A stretch of DNA of 64,000 bases from the human T2T-CHM13v2.0 reference genome, Homo sapiens, in NCBI RefSeq assembly GCF_009914755.1, contig NC_060934.1. One strand, 5' to 3'. Numbering within the stretch: position 1 is the first letter of the stretch; every line of letters starts with the position of its first letter. Position numbers and translations under genes: made by a program. Positions 32,531 through 44,894 of this stretch are shown here, in pieces. A model generated the notes under the pieces. The model made no database searches and was not told the DNA's origin. It saw nothing but the letters and a program-made list of their open reading frames with translations.

Positions 32531-33429
32531 AAGCCACGTCAGCCTGAAGAACTGCTTTAGCTCACTTATCACAGGTTTTTCAAATATTAGAATTAGTAGC
32601 CAACATCTAAAAATTAGCAAATTTCACATAAAAATATAGAATCTTGGTTCCTTTAAGAAAATAATCTGGCACATTGGGCCAACATTCCTATGGTGACATG
32701 TGTCTGAGTAGCAGGTGCAGCAGCTGGCCCCTTCAAGTGGGACACCTATCACCTAGTTCATAACCGCCCCTGACCGCCCTCACTTGGAGGCATGTGAATC
32801 TGCAATCCCTGGTTTTAAGGGAGAGGGTAACACCATAGACAGGGGTTACAGGAAAATGACACTGAAAGTGACCCAGTGATTAAACTGGGCAGTGAAACTG
32901 AAGGCAAGAGGGCAAGTTAGGAGGATTTCACCACAGCATGAGGAGGTGACAAAAGCCTGAACCAAGTTCGGAGAATAAATACTCAGAAGAATGTAAAGAT
33001 TCAAGAAATGCTTAAAACGCTCCAGGCACAAGAATGCTTATTAACCATGGAACTTTTCTGTGTCATTTGTTCATGGACAAAGACTGTATTAGGAGACAGG
33101 AAGAAGGACTCAAAATTAATTTTCAATTTATAATTAAAGTGACTATTAAGCAAACTGTGGAAAATCCACCTCAATGCCATACAGCAGAGACAACCGATGA
33201 GGCACAGCTGTCTGTGTGATTCTCATCGTGGACTCTCAGGATCGTTTTCCAGGTGGAACAGAACAAATCCTACTGCAAACCCTCTGCGCGAAGCCCCTGA
33301 CAAGTGAGGTTTACAAGCAGGGGCTGGGGTCTAAACCAGTACAATCGCTCACAGCAGGACCAGCAGTGAATTGGCAAACTTAGAAAGCCTTCCAGCTCAT
33401 CCACGGGAGAGTCCTGCCCGAGAACTCAC

Positions 33430-33538
33430 AGAGGCCGTTGACATCCAGCATGTTGGAGATGCCCCGGTCACTCATGTCCACCTCGGGCTGGTTCTTCTCC
33501 CGGCTCTCCTCCACCAACTTCTTCAGAGACTTGGACAT
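33430..33538 (-). CDS. RSU1: RSU1 (Ras suppressor protein 1, LRR protein) first coding exon (exon 2), MSKSLKKLVEESREKNQPEVDMSDRGISNMLDVNGL + 1 nt
   Basis: Translation matches the RSU1 N-terminus. Acceptor tgcag|ACCATG (exon starts 33541) and donor CT|gtgagt at 33429. 109 coding nt, ends phase 1. No next exon found in the window. Confidence 0.97.
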
Positions 33539-33771
33539 GGTCTGCACCGAACAACAACAAAGCACGTGGGCGATGACAGCAAGCGCAGAGGCGGAAAGGC
33601 AAGAGGCCTTCGCTGCCACTCTGAGGCTTCCCCAGGGTTGGAGCGGGTGGGCGTCCGAGGGCGTCCCAGGGGCTGGTCCGGGTGCGGGGAGGGGATGGAG
33701 TGGGAAGGGTTCAGCCCCGCTGCGGCCACGCAGCGAGAAGCAACCCCAAGTGCAACACCGCACACACTCAC

Positions 33772-33920
33772 CACGGAAGGTAGCCCCTAAGACGATGGGC
33801 GTGCAACCACAAGCTTCGGCAGAACGCACTCCAGCTGCCCTCACTCCCTGCAACACCGGCACTGAACAGCGAACACGCCCTGTCTCGGCGCCCCGCGCAG
33901 GCGCACACAGCGCCGCTGCC
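33772..33920 (-). other. RSU1: RSU1 non-coding exon 1 (5'UTR); 5' boundary approximate
   Basis: Donor CCTTCCGTG|gtgagt at 33772/33771 gives a 230-nt intron 1 (33542-33771). The exon lies in the CpG island. The TSS cannot be fixed from sequence alone. Confidence 0.8.
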
Positions 33921-33940
33921 AGCTCCACGCCCGACCCTAC

Positions 33941-33950
33941 CCATATTAGG
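33941..33950. promoter_or_regulatory. CArG box CCATATTAGG (SRF site)
   Basis: Perfect CC(A/T)6GG, identical to the c-fos serum response element core, next to RSU1 exon 1. Confidence 0.7.
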
Positions 33951-34999
33951 AGAACAGCTCTCCAGACGTGTCTCCAGGGCCAGGCTCCGCCCTTAAAAGT
34001 CTGTGGAAGAGGCTGGCTAATCACGTTCGTTATTCGGCTTCGAGACCCCGCCCCACGCTGAGGATAGTTTATCCCGGTGGCGTCCACCCCACGGTTTGGG
34101 ACGCTGATTGGGCCGAAGTTGGCGCGTGCGCAGTAGACTTGGCGCAAGCTCAGTTGATGGGTCGAAGCCCAGAGGGCTGTGGGCGGAAGTGGGGAAGTTT
34201 GTGGCGTGACTGTGTAAGGGAGGGTGGTGGCTCAGGGTGGGTGTTGCGAAAGCTGGAAGTAAATTGCTTCCGAATGTTTCGCTTGTGTAATAGCCGCTCC
34301 ACTCGCCAGAAGTTGCTACCCTGAGCCCGTCTCCACAATGTGCCTCTGAGGGACCTTGTGGGGCACGCAGTTTCCCGCCCTATTAAGAGCTTCTCCAGGC
34401 GGGGATTCCGGCGCGGTCTGCGTTTCCCCAGCGCCCTGCTGGAAATCTTTTTTGACAGGTTTCTAAGGCTGGCTTTTAGCCTTTTTACTTGTAGCTAGAA
34501 CCTACAAGTAAAACCCTACTATTTTAAAAGTCATTTGAAAACACCACTAAAGCGATGTGTCTTTCCCAACTAGGACTTTTACATTTGTGAAACATGACGT
34601 TCTGGCTTCCAGGAATCTCTTGCTTTCTCTTCCAAAAGCAACCAAATTTTAAATTCTAGAGAAACTGTTGCCCTCTGCCTCCCTATTTCCTGACCCAGTC
34701 TCAGTCACCCAGCAACATCCTGTGCTTCTCTCACCAAAAACCCTGTCCTGAGAGACTATTTTATACTATGGAATAAAAATTGGCACCAGGCACTTTTCTT
34801 CTACTGGTCACCTAAATTGATGATAAGACGGATGCCACACATATGCATTTATATATTGTAGATTGTAGCAGGGATCAAAGCCTTAAGGAGATGTGGTAAA
34901 ATAATGTAATTATATCTCCGAACCAATTGGATAAAAAAAGGATCTGCACTCTTAAATTCGAAAGCAGGTATTTCTTGCTTAAAAAACATTCCAGATGAA

Positions 35000-35400
35000 A
35001 GAGTTATTCCTCCATTAGTCTTCTTTGATCTGGAACCGTCCTTGGCTTTTATGTTTATTGAACTAGACATTATTTAAGAATACAGACCAGGTATTGTGTG
35101 GAATATCCTTCAAAGTAAGTTTGATGTTCCCTTTCAGGTTATGAATTTTTGGAGAAACACCACTAAAGCGATGTGTCTTTTCCAGTGCATGATATCAAGG
35201 TACAGATGGCATCGGTTTCTCCCAGTATAGGTGATGTTCACTTAAATAAGGTAGTGTCTGCCAGGTTTCTTCACCATAAAGTTACTATTTTTTTCTTTAT
35301 GATTAAAAATAATGCTGGGGGGAGGTGCTACTTGATTACACCCCATTCCTCATCTAATTTTTACCCACAAGTTTTAGCATCCACTGATGATTTTCTAACT
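35000..35400 (-). mobile_element. L1MC-type 3' fragment
   Basis: ggtgatgttcactt...gtgtctgccaggtttcttcaccataaagttac motif. Confidence 0.55.
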
Positions 35401-35568
35401 TCATAATTTCATCAATACGTATTAGTAGGTAATCTCCTAATACATTTATTTCTTGAATCATTAACTCTTTTAAAGCAAAAGTCCTGTTTTGAAGCAATCA
35501 GAATTTTTCTTATTCTATCAATTTCTAATAGTGAATCTTGCCTAGGTAGGCTGAAGACATACAGTACC

Positions 35569-35820
35569 TGTGTTAGTCGGCTAGGGCTGTCGTAACAATA
35601 TACCACAGCCTGGATGGCTTAAACAACAGAAATTTCTCACAATCCTGGAAGTTCTAGATCAAGGTGCCAGCAGATTTGATTTATCCTGTGGCCTCTCCCC
35701 TGCCTCGTGGACGACTGTCTTCTCTTGGTGTCCCTCCAGGGCATTTTCTCTATGCAGTCACACCCTTGGTGTCTCTTCTTCTAAGGACACCAGTCCTATT
35801 GGACTGCCGGCCTATAATAA
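35569..35820 (-). mobile_element. MLT1 LTR fragment
   Basis: tagggctgtcgtaacaatataccacag...ggcttaaacaacagaaattt. Confidence 0.7.
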
Positions 35821-36369
35821 CACCCTGCATTTGTTTCATGAATGTACTCTCTTCTCAGGTATCACCGAGGATAATAGTTTTTAAACCTCTCTTCTGTTCA
35901 CTCAATTATGTTTCTTCAAGGGTCCATTCTTACGTGTATTTATCTAGTCTTTTCCCTAGAAAAGAAAGATTCTTCCCCTCTCTGGTGATTGATTCTTGGT
36001 TGTTCTTTTGAGTTCAAGTGTGAAGATCTGAACTGGTTTTTCTAGATAGCTGGAGTGGTCTCTTGTTTGTTTGTATTGTTTTCCTCCTAGATCCCTAGAC
36101 TGATAGTCGAATTTCTTCAGAGGCAAGAACCCAGTATTATGCCTGCAGGTCATCACCCGGCTACCTTTGCAGGTGGAGGGAAATGGTGGATTGTGAGTGC
36201 CAGTTAGGGCAACTCCCTGACTTTGGTTTTAGCCCCTCACACTGCACCAGCCAGCCCCACATCCAGGTTACACCTGGAACAGAGAGTCCCAGCCCTCCTG
36301 CATGTCTCTCTTGAAGTTATTTTGAGCTGCATGCCTCCATTCACTTCTGTTTCATAGGAATTTGTTTTC

Positions 36370-36665
36370 ACTCCTGTTTGAGATAGGAAAAACCAAACTG
36401 TTTTTGCTACTCTCCACTGGCTCAACACTTCTGACACCAGAGAATCCCCCACACATGAAACAGTTCTCCAGCAGACACCAGCTCGGTGTCTTACAGTTTA
36501 ACTTAATTCTGACACTGTCTACCTCAACTTATAGTCAAATCCCACAAGTTAAGGGTTCATTTCCACAAGACTTTAGGTTGACTGTCACCTACACTTCTGA
36601 CTGACCAGCTATAAATCAGGGTTCCCACACCCCCTTCTCAGGTTTGATTAATTTGCTAGGATGAT
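36370..36665. mobile_element. MER21-type LTR fragment
   Basis: cagacaccagct...aattctgacactgtctacct...ggtttgattaatttgctag motifs. Confidence 0.6.
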
Positions 36666-37674
36666 GGTTAGCCTGTCCAGGGTCCTGATTGCTAGCAGTG
36701 AAACTTCATGGTGACACAATTTGGAATCAGGAAACTTATCCCTTGGCCACTAGATCTGGGAAGTTGGCTCAATGTATGTTTCACCAGATAAGAATATTAA
36801 GGTTTTTGCCTCAGGACTGGCTCAGGAAATCAAGCAAGATGGAGCTGGGAAGTGTGCTTTGTGAAGCTGGGAGACATCAGCTGATAGTCTTGCATGGCTG
36901 TCTTGTTCTCTGCTTTATCCTCAGTGCGCTGAGTACGTATCACATAGCTGATGCTCAATAAACATTTGGAAACAAGTGAATTAAATGTAAAGCAGAACCA
37001 GAGGATATACGGTGGGTCTTACGAATGAGAGTACAGTTGACTCTTTTCTCCTTCTTCCAGCTGAATTACTCAAAAACTGAATTACTCAATAACTACTTCC
37101 CTTGGCTATACACGAAAATGTCATGCTCCCAAGCCTGACCATCCCTAACCCACTAAAAAATCACTGCTTATTTCCTAGATGCCCAGCCTGGAAGATTTTG
37201 TAAAGCTTCATTTTGTCTCTTTTTTTCTGTATTTTTAATTTTAAAATTACATAATAATATTGACTATGCTTTCCTCAATTTCAGGTACACACTTCCCAGA
37301 TATTCCAATATGCCTCCTAGAAAAGCATGCCCTTCTGAGTGGAAATGATACCGTTACTCTAATGATGCAGTCCATGCTCTAAGCATCATTTTTTTGACAG
37401 TGACATCATGTTAATCTTTCTTTCAGAAAAGTACTATGTCATTTCATGTTATTGTTAAACTTTCCCTGTATTCTGTACTTTTGCAATTCATTTTTTGATA
37501 AAAGAGGAAGATCTTATATCTGTCACATTTCGTCTGTTACAATTGGCCCATTGTTGTAGCTTATCAAGACCTTTTGGATTTGATGGTGTTACTTATCGCA
37601 TTCACTGTCCTTTCCAATGTAATTGTCACCCATAAAGTTGATATGTCTATCCATAATACAAAAAGGGAGCAGGA

Positions 37675-37820
37675 ATTGTTGTTGTTGTTGTTTGTTTTTT
37701 TGAGATGGAGTCTCATTCTGTAACCCACACTGGAGTGAAGTGGCGCGATGTTGGCTCACTGAAACCTCCGCCTCCTAGGTTCAAGTGATTGTCCAGCCTC
37801 AGCCTCCTGAGTAGCTGAAT
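37675..37820 (-). mobile_element. Alu right-arm fragment with (TTG)n tail
   Basis: Directly visible. Confidence 0.8.
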
Positions 37821-38243
37821 TTTCAAGGTTAGAGTATTTTATTTCTGTGGCTCCATACTCTGTCCAGAAATAATTATCTGCCATTTGAGTATTAGAGTAA
37901 GATGAAGTTACATTCCTCAGCTTCTCTCATTCACATGGTCTTTTGTTAATAACCCTTGATTTTGCATAATTAACATAAAGCAAATCTCCTTTGTAAAGGC
38001 TTCCGCTTTTCTAGAGGCACTGAAAAACTTTATAAAAGCATTGAATTTTCTTATGAAAAGGAAGCTAATAACTACCTCACTTAGTTACATGTCTGGCAGC
38101 ATTGGAGATAAGGATGTGCTACTGAACTTTCTACTTCTTGTTAAGTGGCAAACCATATTGTTTATTTATAACTTAACATATTGTGTTAAGGAATAGGCAA
38201 TGGTGGTGCTTATGGAAACTTTGTACTCCTGAGCGTAAATACA

Positions 38244-39785
38244 TAATAGAGTTTGGATATTTGTCCCTGCTCAAATCTCATGTTGAGTTATAAAAGCCAG
38301 TGTTGGAGATCGGCCTGGTGGGAGGTGTTTAGATCGTGGGGGTAGATCCCTCATGAATGGCTTGGGCCATACCCTTGGTGATAAGTGAGCTCTTGCTCTG
38401 AGTTCACATGAGAGCTGGCCACTTAAAAGTGTGTGGCACCTGTCCCATACTCTCGCTGTCTTGCTCCTGCTTTCACCGTGTGACATGCCTGTTTCCCCTT
38501 CGCCTTCCTCCATGATTATAAGCTTCCTGAGGCTGCCCCAGAAGCCAAGCAGATGTCAGCACCATGTTTCCTATAAAGCCTGCAGAGCTGTGAGCAGATT
38601 AAACCTCTTTTCTTTATAAGTTACCCAGTCTCGGGTATTTCTTTATAGCAATGCAAGAATGATCTATTACAGAAAATTGGTACCAGGAGTGGGGTTTTGT
38701 TATAAAGATACCTGAAAATGTGGAACTGACTTTGGAACAAGATAATGGGTAGAGGTTGGAAGAGTTTGGAAGGCTCAGAAGACATAAAGATGAGGGAAAA
38801 TTTGGAACTTCTTAGAGACTGTTTAAAAGTTGCAACTAAAATTCTGATAGTGATATGGATAATGAAGTCCAGGCTGCCAAGGTCTTCGATGGTAATGAGG
38901 AACTTAGTGGGAACTGGAGCAAAGGTGACACATATTATGCCTTAGCAAAGAACTTGGCTGCATTCTGTCCATGCCCTAGGGATCTGTGGAAGTTTGAACT
39001 AAAGAGTGGCAACCTGGGGTATCTGGTGGAAAAAATTTCTAAGCAGCAAAGTGTTCAAGATTTGGGCTGGCTGCTTCTAATAGCATGTGCTCAGATGTGG
39101 GAGCAAAGAAATGACTTCGAATTGGAACTTATATTAAAAAGGAAAGCAGAGTGTAAAAATTTGGAAAATTTACAGCCTGGCCATATGGCAGAGAAAGAAA
39201 AAGCTTTTTCAGGAGAGGAATTCAAGCAGGCTGTGAGGCATCCACTTGCTAGAGATATTTGCATAACCAAAAGCCAACTGCTAATATCCAAGATAATGGA
39301 GAAAAGTCCCCAAAGGCATTTCAGAAACCTTTGCTGAAACCCCTCCCATCACAGGCCCAGAGGCCTGGGAGGAAAGAATGATTTCATGGACCAGGCCCAG
39401 GGCCCTGCTTCCCTGCATAGGCTCAAGACAGGGCTCCCCACGCCCTGGTCACTCCAGCTCCAGCTACGGCTCAAAGGGGCCCAGGTACAGCTTGGGCTGC
39501 CACTTTGGAGAATGAAAGCCATAAGCCTTGGCAGCCTCCACGGGGTGTTAAACCTGCAGGCACACAGAGTACAAGAGTGGTAGATTCTTGGCAGCTTCTC
39601 CCCAGATTTTGGAGGTGGTATGGAAAAGCCTGGGTTTTCAGGAAGCAGCCTTCTGCAGGGGCAGAATCCTCACAGAGGACCTCTACTAGGGCAGTGTAGC
39701 AGGGAAATGTGGGTCGGAGGCCCCACACTGAGTTCCTACTGGGGCACTGCCTAGTGGAGCTGTGTGAAGAGGGCCACCATTCTAC
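38244..39785 (+). mobile_element. MSTB-type LTR (38244-38671) plus MaLR internal sequence, 3'-truncated
   Basis: LTR end taca followed by gaaaattggtacc. ORF 38855-39337 (GNEELSGNWSKG...CPCPRDLWKFEL) is the MaLR internal ORF remnant. Confidence 0.85.
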
Positions 39786-40442
39786 AGGAGAGTGGAGAAT
39801 ACTCAGAGAAATTAAATAACCAGGAGAGTACAGGGTCCTGGGGATAAATGAAGAAAAGGTTCGGCGTGGCCAGGAGAAACAGAAGTTTGAGTCAAATGGG
39901 AGGGAAATAGAGAATTCAGAGGTTACGGCAAACTTCTCTGTAGTTAAGGCAAGGTCTTTGGAGAAGCTCAGATTGACCTAGGGGCATGGCAAAAGGTAAA
40001 CACAGGTGAGACTTGGGCCTGGCTTTGGAGGAGTATGGGAAAAGCAGGTACATCTGTATGGTAAGGAGGAGAGTCATACTACTACTAATTGACATAGAAG
40101 CTAGCATTTACCAATTACTTAATATGCACCAGGTATTGTTCTGAGTCTTTACACATATATACTTAATTATTGCAACCCTGTGAGACAGGTAAAATAATCC
40201 CCTTATACAAATGAAGAAACTGAGCACAGAGAGATTGTGTAAGCACTTAACTAGTACAGTTAAAATTGAAACTCAGGCAGCTTGGCTCCAGAAATGAAGC
40301 TCTGGAAGATTCATATATATATTGAATTCTTTGCCAAAATGTAAAAATTAAACTTGAAAATTTATATATGTCCCATAGTGAAAGACAGAGTTTTAATAAG
40401 TCAAAAAATTAATGCAGCATAATTGTGTACAATTCAATAATG

Positions 40443-40448
40443 TTTATT
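40443..40448 (-). terminator. CUBN: CUBN polyadenylation signal AATAAA
   Basis: TTTATT on the plus strand, followed on the minus strand by CA dinucleotides and then U-rich sequence. Confidence 0.75.
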
Positions 40449-40503
40449 ATGTGTAATTGAACATTCACAGGAAATTTATGCTTCTATATTATCATTAACT
40501 TTT

Positions 40504-40903
<400 letters not shown>

Positions 40904-40966
40904 TGAAATGCACACTCAAGACTAAAGAAGCTATATTCTATGTTCGAGAAAATGTACAAATATTGA

Positions 40967-41278
<312 letters not shown>

Positions 41279-41431
41279 TACAAATATTGATTCTATCCAT
41301 GGTTTGGTGAAAAACCATACAAGTTCAGCTTATTCTCTGTGGCATCAGCAGGGGTCATGTATCAGGATGGCAGAGTGCTGTCCAGCGTGCTGCAGAGGGA
41401 AAGTGCTGAGTGAACACGAGTTGTTACCCAC

Positions 41432-41539
41432 TTAGCTGTCCCAAGTTAATCGGAATGCGGATGGACGCCGTGCATAATCAGCATGAAATTTTATGAAGAC
41501 CTGATTTGAGGAAGCCACGAAGGGAGCTATGCTGGTGTC
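41432..41539 (-). CDS. CUBN: CUBN last exon (67), coding part: [35 protein letters not shown]
   Basis: Read manually because it is too short for the ORF track. Acceptor ttttag|GAC, stop TAA at 41434-41432. Matches the cubilin C-terminus. Confidence 0.96.
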   Translation of the reverse strand, partial: DTSIAPFVASSNQVFIKFHADYARRPSAFRLTWDS

Positions 41540-41724
41540 CTAAAATTGAAAAAAAAAGTATCCAATTATATATTTCACATATTTGAACGTTTTTCTAGGA
41601 ATGTTAGCCTAGTAACAAAGTACCACATAAAGAAACTTTATAGAATTTATGGTGAACCTGCATATATTTCTTGAAGTAACCTTGCAAAGAATGAATGCAA
41701 ATGCTTTACAAAGGAATATTTCTG

Positions 41725-41925
41725 GGCGTGGGGAGTTGAGGGAAAATGGGGAAGGACTGCAAATGGGTACTGGGTTTCTTTGGGGGGTAATGAAAGTGTC
41801 CCAAAATTGGCTGTGCTGATAATGGCCGCACAGCTCTGTGAACCTACGAAAAACCACTGAATTGTATACTTTAAGGAGATGAATTGGATGGTATTGAAAT
41901 TGTATCTCAATAAAACTGTTATCAA
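41725..41925 (+). mobile_element. L1MB-type 3' end
   Basis: aaaaccactgaattgtatactttaa...tatctcaataaa. Confidence 0.75.
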
Positions 41926-42083
41926 AAAACTTGAACTTCTTATTCAAGTTCTTACTGCAAATTTAATTTTTCTGAAACAAACATATATAATTAAAATGAT
42001 CCTATTAAGTAAAATATAGTATTTTCATCCTCAGTGTTTATAGTTTTTCCTCTTGAGATTTATTTTCATATACTTCTGTGGAA

Positions 42084-42085
<2 letters not shown>

Positions 42086-42133
<48 letters not shown>
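42086..42133. repeat. (GT)24 microsatellite
   Basis: Perfect dinucleotide run in the last CUBN intron. Confidence 0.97.
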
Positions 42134-42134
<1 letters not shown>

Positions 42135-43997
42135 GGGGGGATACATGGGTCCCCGTTGTCTCTCACTTTCTATTCATTCATTTGGCAAATATTGATCAAG
42201 GCACTGCCACGCTGCAGGTATTAAGACATTAAAAAATGAGCAAAACAGGCAAAAAGCCCTGCTCTCATGATGCTTACATGACTGGCTTCTCCTGCCTCAG
42301 CCCTACCCCAAGTCATCAAAACACAGGCTTATTTCCAAGATACTCACTTACTCAAGTGAGTGTAGATTTTTTTTTCTGTAAGAGATACATCAAGGAATAT
42401 ACAATATTTTTATTCCTATACACATCTACTTTTTACTCCCATTTTAATCTGCTTCCAAATTTCAATAACTTCTTTTATTTTGACAAACTAGTATGTCAAC
42501 AGACGGTCAACAGAAGTTTTAGAATCTCCTTTGATTCTCCTTGTTTGTCCCGTTATTCTCTCATTTGCTAGATCTTCATTTTCTGCAGCTGCAAGGGATA
42601 TAGGATTTCCCTGTGAACAATGGTATTTACCGTAATATAAAATATCTCCAAATCAGGGTTTGTGTTTATATTAGCAAAATAAGGAGCTACCTCTGTATGT
42701 ACACTGTATGTATTTAAATACTGTATGTATATAAATATTACAAGTTTAACAAACATATTTACATACATAAAAAGTTGAATTGTATACTTAAGGAGTATAC
42801 ATACAAAAGTATACAACTTTCATATGTATGTAAATATGCATGTAAATATGTATGTATGTAACATGTGAAAGTATGTATGTAAATATTAGTAAAATATTAC
42901 AACTTACAAAAAGTTGTATGTAAATATTAGCAAAACAAGAGCTACCTCTGTACTTCATGTTTTATACTTATGTTTTACATTTTTTCATTTATGTTTAACA
43001 TTGATAAAGTGTTAAAGAAATCAGTGGTACCTTTAAGAAAAAAAACAATTACACATGAAATTATATCCACATTTATAAAAAAATGTAAAACTGGGAAAAT
43101 ACCGTAAACACCAACAGTTAAAAAAATTGATGTTATCTCGCTATATACTTCAACTTAACGTGGCATTGGATTAAATGGCCGTCACTTCTCTCAGTGACTC
43201 GGTTTATACTTGTTCAGTATAAACCTGAACTCGGTTTATACAAGTCCAGGATATACTTGTTCTTTCCACCTTATGGGAGTGTCACTGTGGGGATCAAATG
43301 GGGTTGTATGTTTGCAAGCCACTGAAAACCATGCCCACAAAAAAACCCCTACCAATATAAAGTCATGGTATTGTTAAAATTGCCTCTTTTCCTCCCTTTT
43401 GAAATGTTTGTAAATTTCAATTCAATGTCTAAGAGCTGATTAGCTTCTAAATCTGATGTGTGGCACATTTACTGGGGTCTCTCTCTCTGTGGGCCTTCTG
43501 TGCATCCCCGTGATACAGTGTCTGCTGGTCCTGTGATTACCATTTCTCACCAAGTAATGTAACTATATGTATAAAGATATCACTACCAAAAAGTTTATTA
43601 AGTGTTGTCTGTAGTTGCAAAAAGTTCAAGAGACCTAAATGTCCACTTAGAGGGGCTTCATTAAATAAATTAGGCCACACTCGTGCAACGGAATACTCTC
43701 CAAAACTTAAATATGATGCAACAGTGTTTTTATTGATATGTTACTAATGATATATTGGTAAGTAGAAAAAACACACCATCAAACAGTAAAAAATATGCAT
43801 GTAAAATATATGCAAATATATTCAAAGAAAGGTGTTAAGAATATATGAGAATGCCCAGGGTTTTAGAAAAATTAGCCTATTTTCTGATACTTCTGAAAAC
43901 AGCATTTATCAATTTTATAAATAGTAAGTTATATTTTAAAAACCATCTAGATTTCCAGCTGATACAGTTCTCTGTCTAGTTTGATTACAAAGTCTAA

Positions 43998-44357
<360 letters not shown>

Positions 44358-44619
44358 TAAGTATCTACTTGCACATCAAATGAGAGGATCGTAAGCACAG
44401 ATGCCTGCAATATTGAATCAACGTCAGATTCTGATTTTTTTAGGGAAGATATCAGAGCTTTACAAAAACAAACTATCGGTCACCATTTCTTCAAATAATT
44501 TCTGCAATTTTCAGCAAGAAGTAGATAAAATAGAGCCACGTGTCCAAATTTTCTACAGTTCTATTTATGCAGAAATAAACATGGGTATTCAACCCTAGGC
44601 AGTGCACTGACGTCACAGA

Positions 44620-44742
44620 GGGAGCTTTTTTTTAAAAAAACAGCGTGCTGTGACTCCTCCCTGGGAAATCCCGATTCAGTGGGTTTCGGTGGGAACTGGA
44701 AGTCTAATGTAAGTAACTCCACAGGTGATTCTGACGCAGGGC
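44620..44742. mobile_element. MER5-type fragment (another at ~55540-55730)
   Basis: gattcagtggg...caggtgattctgacgcag motif. Confidence 0.55.
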
Positions 44743-44777
44743 TGATTTTTGTAACTCTTAATAGTAATTTAATGCAA

Positions 44778-44796
44778 TGCCCACCAGATGGCACTC
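44778..44796 (+). promoter_or_regulatory. Candidate CTCF site
   Basis: tgcCCACCAGATGGCACtc, close match to the CTCF core. Confidence 0.6.
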
Positions 44797-44894
44797 ATGC
44801 TCCCATAATAGAAAGGCAAGTTGGAAAACTGCTCAATTTGTTAAAGGCTGTGCTTCTTCCTCTGCAGTGTGTCTGCCTTTGAAAGTCTACACTA

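Larger units (their letters stand above)
33400..34440. promoter_or_regulatory. RSU1: CpG-island promoter of RSU1
   Basis: High GC and CpG density in a CpG-poor window. NRF1-like GCGCAGGCGCA 33895-33905 and GCGCGTGCGCA 34122-34132, CArG 33941-33950, GC box 34046-34054, CCAAT (ATTGG) 34107-34111, ETS CGGAAGT 34184-34190, E2F TTTCCCGCC 34371-34379. Confidence 0.9.

Noticed and set aside
33438-34061. 207-aa and 139-aa plus-strand ORFs over the CpG island
   Set aside because: Antisense shadows of GC-rich promoter and exon sequence with no recognisable domain.
33380-34147. 255-aa minus-strand ORF in frame with the RSU1 ATG (apparent N-terminal extension)
   Set aside because: It starts at a non-ATG codon upstream of exon 1, has no Met before the true start and runs through the 230-nt intron 1. 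The frame is lost on splicing, and GC-rich DNA is poor in stops.
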